Positions 12,672-23,593 of a DNA stretch of 64,000 nucleotides are shown piece after piece; the first letter of the stretch is position 1, and every line of letters starts with the position of its first letter. A program made the position numbers and the translations under genes. Location of the stretch: positions 616,715 through 680,714 of the forward strand of contig NC_062561.1 in the NCBI RefSeq assembly GCF_022837055.1, read 5' to 3'. The notes below the pieces were generated by a model that made no database searches, had not been told where the DNA came from, and saw nothing but the letters and a program-made list of their open reading frames with translations. The DNA is from Prionailurus viverrinus (Eukaryota).

Positions 12672-12882
12672 AGGTGGCTCAGTAAGTTAAGCGTTAGACT
12701 TTGGCTCAGGTAATGATCTCGCGGTTCTAGGTTTGAGCCCTGTGTCAGGCCCTGTGCTGGCAGCTCAGAGCCTGGAGCTAGCTTCAGATTCCCTCTCTCT
12801 CTGCCCCTTGCCTGCCCATACACTCAGGCTCTCTCTCTCTCTCTCTCTCTTTCAAAAATAAACATCTAAAAAACATTTTTTT
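12672..12882 (+). mobile_element. Carnivore SINE, 5'-truncated, plus
   Basis: ggtggctcagtaagttaagcgttagactttggctcaggtaatgatctcgcggttctaggtttgagccctgtgtcagg...cagagcctggagctagcttcagattc...ttcaaaaataaacatc. Confidence 0.85.
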
Positions 12883-13072
12883 AAGTTAGATAAAAGAAGC
12901 GCTATAAAATACAATAAATAATATTCACAAATATATATTTTTATAAAAATAATTTGTAAAATATATTGATACAGGAAAGAATAATATCAAAGATATTGAA
13001 AGAAATATCAAAATATCAACAGTGGAGTTATTTCCCGATAGAGGGATCATAGGTACTTTAAAATTTTTTTTA

Positions 13073-13253
13073 ATGTTTTTATTCATTTTTGAGACACAGA
13101 GAGACAGAGCATGAGCAGGGGAGGATCAGAGAGAGAGGGAGACACAGAATTCAAAGCAGGCTCCAGGCTCTGAGCTGTCAGCACAGAGCCTGACGCAGGG
13201 CTCAGACTGACGGACTGTTGGATGCCCAACCGACTGAGCCACCCAGGCGCCCC
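13073..13253 (-). mobile_element. Carnivore SINE (internally deleted), minus
   Basis: tttgagacacagagagacagagcatgagcaggggaggatcagagagagagggagacacagaattcaaagcaggctccaggctctgagctgtcagcacagagcctgacgcagggctc...ccgactgagccacccaggcgcccc. Confidence 0.85.
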
Positions 13254-14015
13254 TCATAGGTACTTTTTTAAAACAACTTTACAGACATATAAGTTATATA
13301 CCATTAATTTCACCCATTTGAATTGCATGATTCAAAGATTTTTAATAAAGTTACCAAATTGTGCATCATCACCATAATCTACCTTCGAACATTTCCATCA
13401 CTGTATGTGCTCTTTATTTTTCTTTGTACTGTTTAACCTACTTTGGGGGAGAAGTTATTTCTATAAAGACAAATTCATAGTAATTTCCTAGGAACTTTAG
13501 GCAAAACTGAAAAGTAATACAATTTAAGCTAAATATAAATTAACAAGAATAAAAATTATTTGAACTCTGACTCAGTATTGTTTAGGATTTTAGGTCTGTT
13601 CTCTAAGACAATCATGGGAGTTGCAAACAAAGATTTACATATAGGGATATACATTTTAGCTTTGGTTTTGATGCCAAAAATTAGAAATAATTTACTTGCC
13701 CAGCAATATAGAAATAGTTCATTTATGATACATATCTCAGTCTCTGTTAAAAATGTTTTCCAAGAATGTTTAATGATTTAATGCTAATGACAAAATGCTG
13801 CCATAATGCAAGATAAGTATTGTGGATAATTTCAATTTTGATAATAAAATAGTCAATTACAGTACATACACGTAGAAAAAAAACCTGGAAGAAAAATCAA
13901 AAGAAATTGTTAACATGACCTCTATGTTTTGAAATTATTTTGCTGTTATGCAGTTCTGAATTTTCCACATTTTCTAAGATGAGCACGAATGACTTTCTAT
14001 TAGAAAACATTTTTG

Positions 14016-14255
14016 GGAGGGTGCCTGGGTGGCTCAGTCGGTCGAGTGTCCGACTTCGGCTCAGGTTATGATCTCGCGGTCCGTGAGTTCAAGCCCTGCA
14101 TCGGGCTCTGTGCTGGCAACTCAGAGCCTGGAGCCTGTTTTGGATTCTGTGTCTCCCTCTCTCTCTGACCCTCCCCCGTCCATGCTCTGTCTCTCTCTGC
14201 CTCAAAAATAAATAAGCGTTAAAAAAAAAAAATTAAAAAAAAAAACAAACACATT
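14016..14255 (+). mobile_element. Carnivore SINE (near-consensus, probably young), plus
   Basis: gggtgcctgggtggctcagtcggtcgagtgtccgacttcggctcaggttatgatctcgcggtccgtgagttcaagccctgcatcgggctctgtgctggcaactcagagcctggagcctgttttggattctgtgtctccctctctctctgaccctcccccgtccatgctctgtctctctctgcctcaaaaataaataagcgttaaaaaaaaaaaa. Confidence 0.9.
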
Positions 14256-16175
14256 TTTTTAAAGACCAGGTCAGAGGACTTAAGAACTCACCCAGGACAG
14301 ATCTGGAGAGGTGGATCCGAGCAGCCACGCCCACCCAGCGTTCCCTGTCCAACAGTGGCAGGATGCATTACACAGAGACTTTTCTGAAAAATTTTAAAGA
14401 TTCATTAGAGAGTTTTAGTGTTTTGTTTGTTTTTTAACTGTCAGAGATTAAAAGCAAGACAGATTAATCTGAATGACATAGTGTGATAACTTTCACAGTA
14501 TCCATCAGCAGCTCTCCCATCTACAAACTCTGACAAGTATGAACCAATTAAAACATAAAAGGCAATCAACACATAGAAAGTAAGTAAATATTAATGCTAT
14601 GGAAGGGCAGAATTAGATCAAGGGACTTCAGTTTAACCAGATGTCATAAGAAAAAAATTAGAACCCCCTATGTTCGTTTACTGGACAGATACTACTAGGT
14701 CCTGGGTAGGATACACAAGTGTAGGGTGGGGATAGGGAGAAGAGTCCCAGGGAGAAGGAACAGCATGTGTGAAGGCCCTGAGGACCCAACTTGGGGTTTT
14801 TGCCAACCTGGAGAAAAAAGCCAGTGTGGCCGGGGCAGAGTGAGAGAGAGGTCCAGGAGGAGGCTGTGGGGAGAGTGGCCAGGCCTTGAACCATAGTAAG
14901 AAATTTAAATTTCATTTGAAACATAATTTTAAGAAAAAAAGTTCTGCAGCTATAGCGTGGAGATTAGAAGCAGAGAGGAGCAGAAGCGGGGAGAGGAGTC
15001 AGGACTCCACTGATGGGGGCATGGGCCAGGGTGACAACAGAGAGACGGGGAAAGTGGATAGGTTCCACTTGTGCTTAGGGGTGGTGAGAAGGAGCTGCTG
15101 ATTGCCGAAGGGGGTAAGACAGGGAGAAATCAAGGGTAGCACCCAGTGGCTTGAGGGGCCAGCAGCACCCGGCATCCACTTGCCTAGAGGGGAACAGGGG
15201 GGAGGCCTAGGTTGCGGACTTGGTAAGTCTGGGTGCTTGAAGCGCACACATGGGGGAGGCAGTGGGCATTTTGTCCCAAATGAGGGGTGGCCCTCACGTA
15301 GGTGGCATTTAGGGCCTTGAGGAATGGGCACCATTGCTCATCGAAGGAGACTGGAGTGGGGACTCCAGCCTGGGAGAACTGGGCGTTCGAGAGGGAGGTG
15401 GAGTTTAAGGAGAAACCCGGAACCCGAGCTCTGGGTCTGGCGGGAGGCTGGGCCCCCGTAGGCGCCGCCCCGGGAGACTGGCGGCGTCCCGTGGTCCTAG
15501 AGCCCGCCAACTATCGGCCTCACTCGGAGGTCAGACCTGGGAGCCCCTTTCCCCAAACATCAGCTTATTTGGGAGAACCTGTTAGAGATGACTCCAGTTT
15601 TAAAAAATTGACAAATAGCTACTGTGAATTAAATCAGTATCTCACCATTTATTAGTTTATTGTTAAATACCCATAAAATTTCTTTCAAATCAAAATACGC
15701 TCATTTTTCTTAGGAGTAATCTTTAATTTGGAAAGTATGACAATAAAAGAAATTGAATTAACATACAGATATCTTTCCCTTTAAACATAAATTGTATATG
15801 TTTGTTACTAATTGCTCAATTTTTCTCCAGAATGACTTAACGGAAACCGACATAACTAATGGGTCTCTTTGATTTTATAGAATTATATATAAATATCCAT
15901 GGTTTCATTATCACATAGTATTTTTAATTTAGAAATAAGTGCTTCTATATTCTTAAACCACACACTTGATCTATAACTAAAATCTGTACGTTTTCATTTA
16001 GCTATATATTATGCACCTATACCAATGTATTTCGGGTGTCATAATATCAGACGTAAAAACTAGAAATGATTCTAAAACTAATATACTTATTGCAGGTTTG
16101 ACGATTGTCCAATTTTTGTGGTTAAACGTGATTGCAATGCCTTTTTAAAATGCCCAGCTTCCCACAGTTTGCATG

Positions 16176-16327
16176 TAGAGCAATTCTAGATTCAGTCAGT
16201 TGTATTCACTGAGAAGAGAATCCTTTAAAACTATCCTTCACTGTTGTATTCACAGTGTATTCTAGAGCAATTCTAGATTCAGTCAGTTGTATTCACTGAG
16301 AAGAGAATCCTTTAAAACTATCCTTCA
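16176..16327 (+). repeat. Local tandem duplication: two perfect 65-bp copies (16176-16240 and 16263-16327), period 87 bp, ending 29 bp upstream of the ATG exon
   Basis: tagagcaattctagattcagtcagttgtattcactgagaagagaatcctttaaaactatccttca appears twice with a 22-bp spacer (ctgttgtattcacagtgtattc). Confidence 0.9.
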
Positions 16328-16356
16328 AATGACTTGAAACTTTTTTTTCCTACAGG

Positions 16357-16488
16357 ATGACTGTGGGGATCTTTGCAAATTGTACCTTCTGTTTGAAAGT
16401 CAAGCACTTACCTCGTCAACAGAAGAAAAAGCTACAAAATGACATTAAGGAGAATGGTGGAAAATTTTCCTTTTTATTAAATCCTCAG
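16357..16488 (+). CDS. PARP4: PARP4 coding exon 1 (likely gene exon 2): initiator ATG, N-terminal BRCT region
   Basis: Acceptor ttttttttcctacag|G at 16355/16356; ATG at 16357. Translates MTVGIFANCTFCLKVKHLPRQQKKKLQNDIKENGGKFSFLLNPQ (44 codons, phase 0-0). Matches human PARP4 N-terminus as I recall it (MVMGIFANCIFCLKVKYLPQQQKKKLQTDIKENGGKFSF...). Donor cag|GTatttg at 16489. Confidence 0.85.
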
Positions 16489-16551
16489 GTATTTGCAGAT
16501 TTTGTAAGAACTGTGTGGTAAACACTGTGCATTAAGGGAGGGTAGGTTGGG

Positions 16552-16650
16552 GAGCCAGGATAGCTCAGTGGGTAGAGCATGTGACTCTTGACTCGGGGTC
16601 TTGAGCTCAAGCCCCACATTGGAGGTAGAGCTTATCTTAAAATAGTAAGA
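16552..16650 (+). mobile_element. Short tRNA-like SINE head (older carnivore SINE type); not a tRNA gene
   Basis: ggatagctcagtgggtagagcatgtgactcttgactcggggtcttgagctcaagccccacattggaggtagagcttatcttaaaa has tRNA-Lys-like A/B boxes but is embedded in a SINE-like context with an A-rich tail. Confidence 0.6.
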
Positions 16651-16977
16651 TTAAGACATTTTTTTAAAAAGGGAGAGAGGGTCATGGTTAGAAGAGTAAG
16701 CAGAGAAAATTGGCAGCAGGAGAAAGTCACCGAAAGCAGGTGAAATTGTGACATTGCCAACAGGGAAGTGGACTGGAGAAAGGCAGAGGAGGGAAGACCA
16801 TCATCCCACCTTCTCTCCATTGCTGTGAGCTGTAGGGAAATCCTACATGCCCTGTGAATCTGAGGATATTAGAGCATAACCAAAGATATAAATAGAAATA
16901 ATTTCAGACCAGCCAAATCTATTCTCAAAGGAGAAAAGTTATGGGGTACAGCGTTTTGCAAAAAGCCCTCTATCCAG

Positions 16978-17154
16978 GGGCACCCAGGTGGCTCAGTTGG
17001 TTAAGTGCCCGACTCTTGATTTTGGCTCAGGTCATGATCTCATGTTTTGTGAAGTAGAGCCCTGCGTTGGGCTCTGCGCTGATGGCACGGAGCCAGTTTG
17101 GGATTCTCGCTCTCTGTCTCTCTCTGTCTCTCTCTGTCTCTCTCTGTCTCTGTC

Positions 17155-17199
<45 letters not shown>

Positions 17200-17262
17200 G
17201 CCCCTCCCCCATGTGAGTGCATGCTTTCTCTCTCTCAAAATAAATAAGTAAACATTAGAGAA
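16978..17262 (+). mobile_element. Carnivore SINE with long (TCTC/TGTC)n internal microsatellite, plus
   Basis: ggggcacccaggtggctcagttggttaagtgcccgactcttgattttggctcaggtcatgatctcatg...tctctctgtctctctctgtctc...ctctcaaaataaataagtaaacat. Confidence 0.85.
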
Positions 17263-18279
17263 AAGAGCTCTCTGTGTAATCACTCACCAGTCTGTCAACC
17301 CTGGAGTGTCACCTGTATGGTGTGACCTGTAAGGGACAGAGAGGAAAACATGCATTGCAGACTGATCTTTGTGATACAGCTTGCATTGCTTGTTTTGTTT
17401 ATTTAAAAGCTGAAGGGAGCTTCCCTCTTTTGAAATGAATTGTAGGCCTGACAGTTTAAATATAGAATTTTGGCAGCTGGATGAAATCTTAAAAATGATT
17501 AAGGCTAACCTCTTCTTTTTTAAACACTTCATCATAATGAAATTAAAGTCTGAAGTCATTGGATCCCAGGCTTCCAAACGCCAGGCTTGCCCCTGTCTGT
17601 TGCTCCTTCCTGTGTTGCTGAACTGATGGGTGACTTCAGCCATCTGGTTCCCCTTCCTGAACCAGATCCCCGGGGCTTGCTGCCAGCGAGTGTGGTTTTT
17701 CTATGAAGTATGTTCAACGCCAGTGGGATGCTAGGTGCTTTCTGGCACTTAAGTAGTTTGCCTGTGGTTATCAGAAACGGAATGTCTCTATTTACCTCCA
17801 GTTTAAGCAGAACTGCATAACTTTCCTTATACAGCTTCCCTCACTTGCTTGTCTCACCATTTCTTTGGGTGGATGGATGATTCATGACTGTTACACCTTC
17901 TCAGTTTATCTTCTGGGTAAATAATAAAGAATAGCATCATGGTCTCTCCTTATTTGGAATTTCCCACATACTTTGAGTGCAACCTTTTTGAAAGTTATGT
18001 TGTCAATGTACATACATTTTTGAAATGTGCTTACCAGGTATTATAACCAAGGAGACAGCTGGGTATGTATTGTTGAGGAATGAGCCCCAAGATAAATTGC
18101 CAAGTGGAAAAGCACATTCAGAGCAGCATGTTTAGGGTGCTGCCATTTGTGGCTAAACACAGGGCTGTGTGCTTACGTGTGTGTTGCCTATGTGTACAAT
18201 AGCTCTGGAAGGATACTCCAGAAGTTACAACAGGTGCCGCTGGGGAGAGTAACTGGGAACAATGGTGGGGAATATGTTA

Positions 18280-18284
<5 letters not shown>

Positions 18285-18312
<28 letters not shown>

Positions 18313-18322
18313 TACTACTGTA
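18285..18322 (+). repeat. (TTA)n microsatellite followed by (TAC)3
   Basis: ttattattattattattattattattattactactactg. Confidence 0.9.
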
Positions 18323-18392
18323 CTTTTTAGATTTTCTACAATGTACATATACTCTTTATTGCAAAATAAATTAATAAAATGACAACTTAATG

Positions 18393-18514
18393 GGGCACCT
18401 GACTGGCTCAGTTGGTTGAGCATCCAACTCTTGATTTCAGCTCAGGTAATGATCCCAGGGTCATGGGATTGAGCCCTGTGTCAGGCTCCTTATTCAGCAT
18501 GGAGCCTACTTAAG

Positions 18515-18562
<48 letters not shown>

Positions 18563-18650
18563 CTCCCTCCCTCTCCCCCCCTTTACCCCTCTTCCCTGCT
18601 CATACTTTCTCTCTAAAATAACATTTTTTAAAAGTTAAAAAAAATAAAGT
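18393..18650 (+). mobile_element. Carnivore SINE (SINEC_c-like) with (CT)n tail, plus
   Basis: ggggcacctgactggctcagttggttgagcatccaactcttgatttcagctcaggtaatgatcccagggtcatgggattgagccctgtgtcaggctcc...agcatggagcctacttaagattctctctctctctct. Confidence 0.85.
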
Positions 18651-18924
18651 TAAAAAAATAAAAATAAATAAAATTACAAGTTAGCAAATTAAATAAATAA
18701 TGAATACCTTTTGAATCTGCCATTCTACTCTTAAGAAAATAATTAAACAAGTGTACAAGAAGATATTCAGCACAGCTTTGTTTAGAGGAGTGAAAATTTG
18801 GAAATAACCCCTAGGGTTGGTTAATCCATTGTGGTACATTCATATCCATACTCTTTATTTTTTACATTTTTTATTTTTTAATTTTTTATTATTATTTACT
18901 TTAATTTTAATTTTATGTTTTTAT

Positions 18925-19122
18925 TGTAGAGAGACAGTGAGAGAGAGCAAGCGTTAGCAAGGGAGAGGGGCAGAGGGAGAGAAAGAATCTTAAGCAAGCT
19001 CCATGCTCAGCATGCAGTCCAATGCAGGGCTTGATCCCATGACCCTGGTATCATGATCTAGGCTGAAATCAAGAGTGGAGTGCTCACTCAGACACTCAGA
19101 CTCAGACCACTCAGGCACCCCA
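18925..19122 (-). mobile_element. Carnivore SINE (SINEC_c-like), minus
   Basis: ...gagggagagaaagaatcttaagcaagctccatgctcagcatgcagtccaatgcagggcttgatcccatgaccctggtatcatgatctaggctgaaatcaagagtggagtgctcactcagaca...ccactcaggcacccc. Confidence 0.8.
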
Positions 19123-19145
19123 TATCCATACTCTTTAAAAACTGT

Positions 19146-19372
19146 GGGGGCACCTGGGTGGCTCAGTCAGTTAAGTGTCTGACTTTGGCTCAGGTGGTAG
19201 TCTCACGGCTCATTAATTCGAGCCCTGGGTCAGGCTCTGTGCGGACAGCTCAGAGCCTGGAACTTGCTTCAGATTCTGTCTCCGTCTCTCTCTGCCCCTC
19301 CCCTGCTTGCTCTCTGTCACTCTCTCTTTCTGTCTCAAATATAAGTAAAACATTAAAAATTTTTTCAAAATA
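19146..19372 (+). mobile_element. Carnivore SINE, plus
   Basis: gggggcacctgggtggctcagtcagttaagtgtctgactttggctcaggtggtagtctcacggctcattaattcgagccctgggtcaggctctgtgcggacagctcagagcctggaacttgcttcagattctgtctc. Confidence 0.9.
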
Positions 19373-19385
19373 ACCTGTTGATTTT

Positions 19386-19570
19386 GGGGGCACCTGGGTG
19401 GCTCAGTTGGTTAAGTGTCTGACTTTGGCTCAAGTACTGATCTCACGGTTCATGAGTTCGAGCCCTGCATGCACTGTCAGCATATGCTTTGGATCCTCTG
19501 TCTCCCTCTCTCTCTGCCCCTCCCCTGTGTGCACACTCTCTCTCTCAAAAATAAACGTTAAAAAAAAACC
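19386..19570 (+). mobile_element. Carnivore SINE (internal deletion), plus
   Basis: gggggcacctgggtggctcagttggttaagtgtctgactttggctcaagtactgatctcacggttcatgagttcgagccctgcatgcactgtcagcatatgctttggatcctctgtctccctctc...caaaaataaacgttaaaaaaaaacc. Confidence 0.85.
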
Positions 19571-19756
19571 TTGATTTTTTTTTTAACTTTTATGTAACTA
19601 AAACTTATATTATTTATAAGGGTTCTAGAAAGCTGAGAATGATTACTACAAATTATCTTCAAGATTCTTTAAGGGTGAAAATTGCAGATACAAGTAATAT
19701 ATTTAGATATTATTTTTACAAGTACATAATGATTTGGTTCTTTTTTTTTTTCTAAG

Positions 19757-19958
19757 TGCACACATATAATCTTAGATAATGCTGATGTTCTGAGCCAGTA
19801 TCAACTGAACTCTATCCAAAAGAACCATATCCATATAACAAACCCAGATTTTATATGGGAATCTATCAAAGAAAGGAGACTCTTGGACGTAACGAATTAT
19901 GATCCTAATAAGTCACCAGACATCACACCACCTCCTTGTCAAAAGGCAAGCAGTTCTG
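19757..19958 (+). CDS. PARP4: PARP4 coding exon 2 (BRCT region)
   Basis: Acceptor tttttttttctaag|T; donor ttctg|GTaagt. Translates CTHIILDNADVLSQYQLNSIQKNHIHITNPDFIWESIKERRLLDVTNYDPNKSPDITPPPCQKASSS (+1 nt, phase 0 to 1). Human PARP4 as recalled: CTHIILDNADVLSQYQLNSIQKNHVHIANPDFIWKSIREKRLLDVKNYDPYKPLDITPPPDQKASSS. Confidence 0.9.
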
Positions 19959-20067
19959 GTAAGTATTTTATATCAAGTACTTAATATATTATAGGTGCTA
20001 TAATAAACATTTTGGTTTGTCCAAGATAGTATAGTCAAAGGATTGTCCAAAAATATTACAAAAATAG

Positions 20068-20285
20068 GGGTGCCCGGGTGGCTCAGTCAGTTAAGCATCG
20101 GACTCTTGATTTGGGTTCAGGTCATGATCTTACAGTTCATGAGATTCAGGCCTGTGTTGGGCTCTGTGCTGACAGCACAGAGCCTGCTTTGGATTCCCCC
20201 TCACTGTCTCTCTCTGCCCTTCCCCTGCACGCATACACATGTGTGCACTCTCTCTCTCAAAATAAATAAACTTAAAAAAAAAAAG
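20068..20285 (+). mobile_element. Carnivore SINE, plus
   Basis: ggggtgcccgggtggctcagtcagttaagcatcggactcttgatttgggttcaggtcatgatcttacagttcatgagattcaggcctgtgttgggctctgtgctgacagcacagagcctgctttggattcc...ctcaaaataaataaacttaaaaaaaaaaag. Confidence 0.9.
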
Positions 20286-20885
20286 AAATATGACAAAAAT
20301 AATTAAACTTCTTATCTCAGAATATAGGCAAATAGTGAAGGACAAAAGACTACTTTAGCAATAGGAATAAATTTCTTAATATTCAATCTAATGTGATCAG
20401 ATTCAAAAAGACTACAAAAACACTGATAATCTCAGAAAACTTGATGTGTAATTTTATCTGGGAAGGGGAAGAAACCTTGTGTTTAAAAAATTATGACTGG
20501 AAATTTTATGATTAGCATTTTGCTAAATAAGTTCTTTCCAAAAGCTGATCTCTCCAAAGGAAACATATCTCCTTTATAGACCAGATTTTATTTTGGAATC
20601 TGGCCAAGAAGCAAGCCTTTGGACATAGAGAAATGCAGTCTTCCTGAGACACATCAAAAGTCAAGCAGTTCTGATAAATAATAATTTATAGTAAGCACAT
20701 GATATATGTTAGGTACCATATTGTGTATATAAATTGTATTATTTATGAGAATTTTAGAAATCTAAATGTTTGGTATGGTGCAGCCTCTTTAGACAAATGA
20801 TTGTCCAGAAATGCTGTCATCAGACTTTCTTGCTCTCAGGAAATGGTAGCTAAAACAAAATAGGCAGAATGGTAAACTCCTCCAG

Positions 20886-21105
20886 GGGTGCCTGGGTGGT
20901 TCAGTTGGTTAAGCATCTGACTTCAGCTCAGGTCATGATCTCATGGTTTGTGAGTTCGAGCCCCCCATCAGGCTCTGTGCTGACAGCTCAGGGCCTGGAT
21001 CCTGCTTCAGATTGTGTCTCCCTCTCTCTCTGCTTCTCCCCTGCTTGCACTCTGTCTCTCTCTCTTTCTCAAAAATAAATTAACATTAAAAAAAAAAAAG
21101 AATAG
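20886..21105 (+). mobile_element. Carnivore SINE, plus
   Basis: ggggtgcctgggtggttcagttggttaagcatctgacttcagctcaggtcatgatctcatggtttgtgagttcgagccccccatcaggctctgtgctgacagctcagggcctggatcctgcttcagattgtgtctccctctc...caaaaataaattaacattaaaaaaaaaaaag. Confidence 0.9.
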
Positions 21106-21200
21106 TAAACTCCTTTTACATTGAAAATGATTTTCAACATCCAGAATAATACCCTCGGGTTTGGAATTACTATAACTACATTGACGCCTTTTGATATCTT

Positions 21201-21204
21201 AATA

Positions 21205-21243
<39 letters not shown>
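21201..21243 (+). repeat. (TA)n microsatellite (about 21 units)
   Basis: atatatatatatatatatatatatatatatatatatatatat. Confidence 0.9.
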
Positions 21244-21249
<6 letters not shown>

Positions 21250-21267
21250 CATATATGTATTGTTTTA

Positions 21268-21298
21268 TTTTAGAGATAGCATGCAAGCGGGGAAAAGG

Positions 21299-21334
<36 letters not shown>

Positions 21335-21466
21335 CTCAAGCAGCTCCACACCCCAGCATGGAGCCCAACATGTTGCTCGATCTCACCACCCTGGGATCAT
21401 GAGCCAAGCCAAAATCAAGAGTCGGATGCTTAATCGACTGAGCCACCAGGCACCCCTTGGTAGCAT
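21268..21466 (-). mobile_element. Carnivore SINE (SINEC_c-like) with (GA)n at the tail side, minus
   Basis: gggcagagagagagagagagagagagagagagagaatctcaagcagctccacaccccagcatggagcccaacatgttgctcgatctcaccaccctgggatcatgagccaagccaaaatcaagagtcggatgcttaatcgactgagccaccaggcacccc. Confidence 0.85.
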
Positions 21467-21706
21467 AATTAAAACTGGAAAGAAATCCTTTTATAAAAGA
21501 AGTTATTCCCTATGTATCATAATGCCATAGACAGTGTTATGATTCTTTTATAAGAAAAACATGAAGCAAAAATTGCTTGGCTTCACATAGGAGCCCTCGA
21601 ATTTCCCTCCTTTAAACTAAAACATCCCAGTTCCTTCATTTGTGACATGATGGCACTGGGGAACCACTCTGATCCTGCAGCATATTAGAAATGCATTTCA
21701 TGTTAG

Positions 21707-21874
21707 GGCACCTGGGTGGCTCAGTCGGTTAAGCGCCAGACTTGGGTTCAGGTCATGATTTCGCTGCTCATGAGTTCGAGCCCCGCATTGGGCTCTGTGC
21801 TGACAGCTGAGAGCTGGGAGCTTAGAGCTTGCTTCAGATTCTGTCTCCATCTCTCTGCCTCTCCCCTACTCGTG

Positions 21875-21929
<55 letters not shown>

Positions 21930-21960
21930 AAATATAAAATAAAACACAAAAAAATTTAAA
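21707..21960 (+). mobile_element. Carnivore SINE with (CT)n tail, plus
   Basis: gggcacctgggtggctcagtcggttaagcgccagacttgggttcaggtcatgatttcgctgctcatgagttcgagccccgcattgggctctgtgctgacagctgagagctgggagcttagagcttgcttcagattctgtctcc...(ct)n...atctcaaatataaaataaaac. Confidence 0.9.
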
Positions 21961-21987
21961 AAGGAAAAAAAAAGAAATGCATTTCAT

Positions 21988-22104
21988 GGGGCGCCTGTGT
22001 GGCTTAGTTGGTTAAGTGTCTGACTCTTGAATTTGGCTCAGGTCATGATCCCAAGATTGTGGGATTGAACCCTTGGACTCTGCTGGGCATGGAGCCTGCT
22101 TGAG

Positions 22105-22153
<49 letters not shown>

Positions 22154-22207
22154 ACCCCTCCCCCACTTGCATGTACATGCTCTCTCTCTCAAAAAGAAAA
22201 AAGAAAT
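21988..22207 (+). mobile_element. Carnivore SINE (SINEC_c-like) with (CT)n, plus
   Basis: ggggcgcctgtgtggcttagttggttaagtgtctgactcttgaatttggctcaggtcatgatcccaagattgtgggattgaacccttggactctgctgggcatggagcctgcttgagattctctctctc. Confidence 0.85.
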
Positions 22208-22558
22208 GCATTTCATAACTATCCTCACCATAATCTTCAGAAGAGAAAAATGCTATTTGAAATTGTATATCTATCAATGAGTTTCACATAATACAGATTT
22301 TATTACAATTGTCCTCACATGCCTATTAAAAGAGAATTATAATGTATTCTCACCATCTTTTGTCTTTAATCTTTTTGTCCCACCTGCTCTGTCCTTAGAT
22401 CACCAATTTCTATAGCTAATTTGAGGACATCTTTAAAAAAGATAATAGCATGGTAAATATTACCTATACTCAAGAATCTTAACAATTCCAGGGTTTATTG
22501 TTGATAATTTTAATAAATCTTTGAGTAGCAAACAAGTGTTTTATTTGTTTTCTCTTAG

Positions 22559-22625
22559 AAATGACAACAGATGATCTGTCCCAGGACAACTCCACTGAGA
22601 AGGAAAACGTTGTGGAACTCACAGA
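22559..22625 (+). CDS. PARP4: PARP4 coding exon 3
   Basis: Acceptor tttctcttag|AA; donor cacaga|GTaatc (weak GT donor). Phase 1 to 2. Translates (E)MTTDDLSQDNSTEKENVVELT(E). Human recalled: EVKTEGLCPDSATEEEDTVELTE. Confidence 0.8.
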
Positions 22626-23517
22626 GTAATCTACTTCTGATCATTAAGACTCTCCAGTTTTGCAAAGTATTTTGTAAACCTCAAACACAGTTTTAAAATA
22701 CTATTAGTACCTCACGTTTCTTGTAGTATTTTTGTTTATCTTGCTTCTCTAATTCTAGGCTTTTATTTATTTAAGACTTTTTACTTCAACTAGTAGAGTG
22801 ATAATTATTTCCATCTTAGTATTATACAAGATTGGACATGAAAGTTGGATTGATTTGAAAAAAGAAAAGGTTTGGGCAGTCTGCTCACCCTGCTACCTTA
22901 CAGAGAAGCCTTTAGAGTAGAGACAGTCCCTTACTCCCTAACTAATGTGTCAAAAACTGGAAATGACAGCCTTCTGCAAATGGACCATGTGCAGCTTCTT
23001 CCAGCATACCCCAAACTGTAATGTCAGTTAAGGGTCACGTTTAGCCTCATTTTATTTGTTAATCGTAGTGTTAAAAGAGGGAGCAAATACCAAAGATAAA
23101 AGTACAGATTATGAGAAGTCTGACACTTTTATTTCAAAGGGCTGTTGACTGTAGTCCAGACAATCTCTGGTGTGAGCCTAAGTGATTGGTTTCTAAGGGT
23201 CAGAACCCAAGAGGATGCAGGATTGGTGCTCTCTCCAGTGTGCTGGCCTGCTTCTCTTATGCCCTGCCTCTGCTTCAGGACGCCCACCTTCTGATGCAGA
23301 CACTCAGTATTTGGCATGAGAACTCTAAAGTTACACACAGAAGGAATCCAGCTCATTCCATAAGACTTTCTAACCATTTTCAGAATATCTAAGGAGGCAT
23401 TAGGGACTTAAAATGTACTTTGTATGGAATTAGGAGACATCCAAGAAAAATTTTATGAAAAGGCTCCTTAGTTTAAAAGTCCATTGTAATGTTTCATTTT
23501 TCTTATACAAATTTCAG

Positions 23518-23593
23518 GTCTTATACAGAGAATGCTGAAATTCCTCATTTTCCACAAGATTTCGAAGTTGCAAAATATAACACCTTGGAAAAA
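23518..23593 (+). CDS. PARP4: PARP4 coding exon 4
   Basis: Acceptor acaaatttcag|G; donor aaaaa|GTaaga. Phase 2 to 0. Translates (E)SYTENAEIPHFPQDFEVAKYNTLEK. Human recalled: NVEIPHLPQDFEVAKYNTLEK. Confidence 0.9.

Noticed and set aside
14999-15655. 108-117 aa ORFs on both strands in the 14.7-15.6 kb GC-rich block, considered as a small gene
   Set aside because: Overlapping antisense ORFs in GC-rich DNA with no splice signals and no recognisable domain; kept only as an unexplained GC-rich element in the findings
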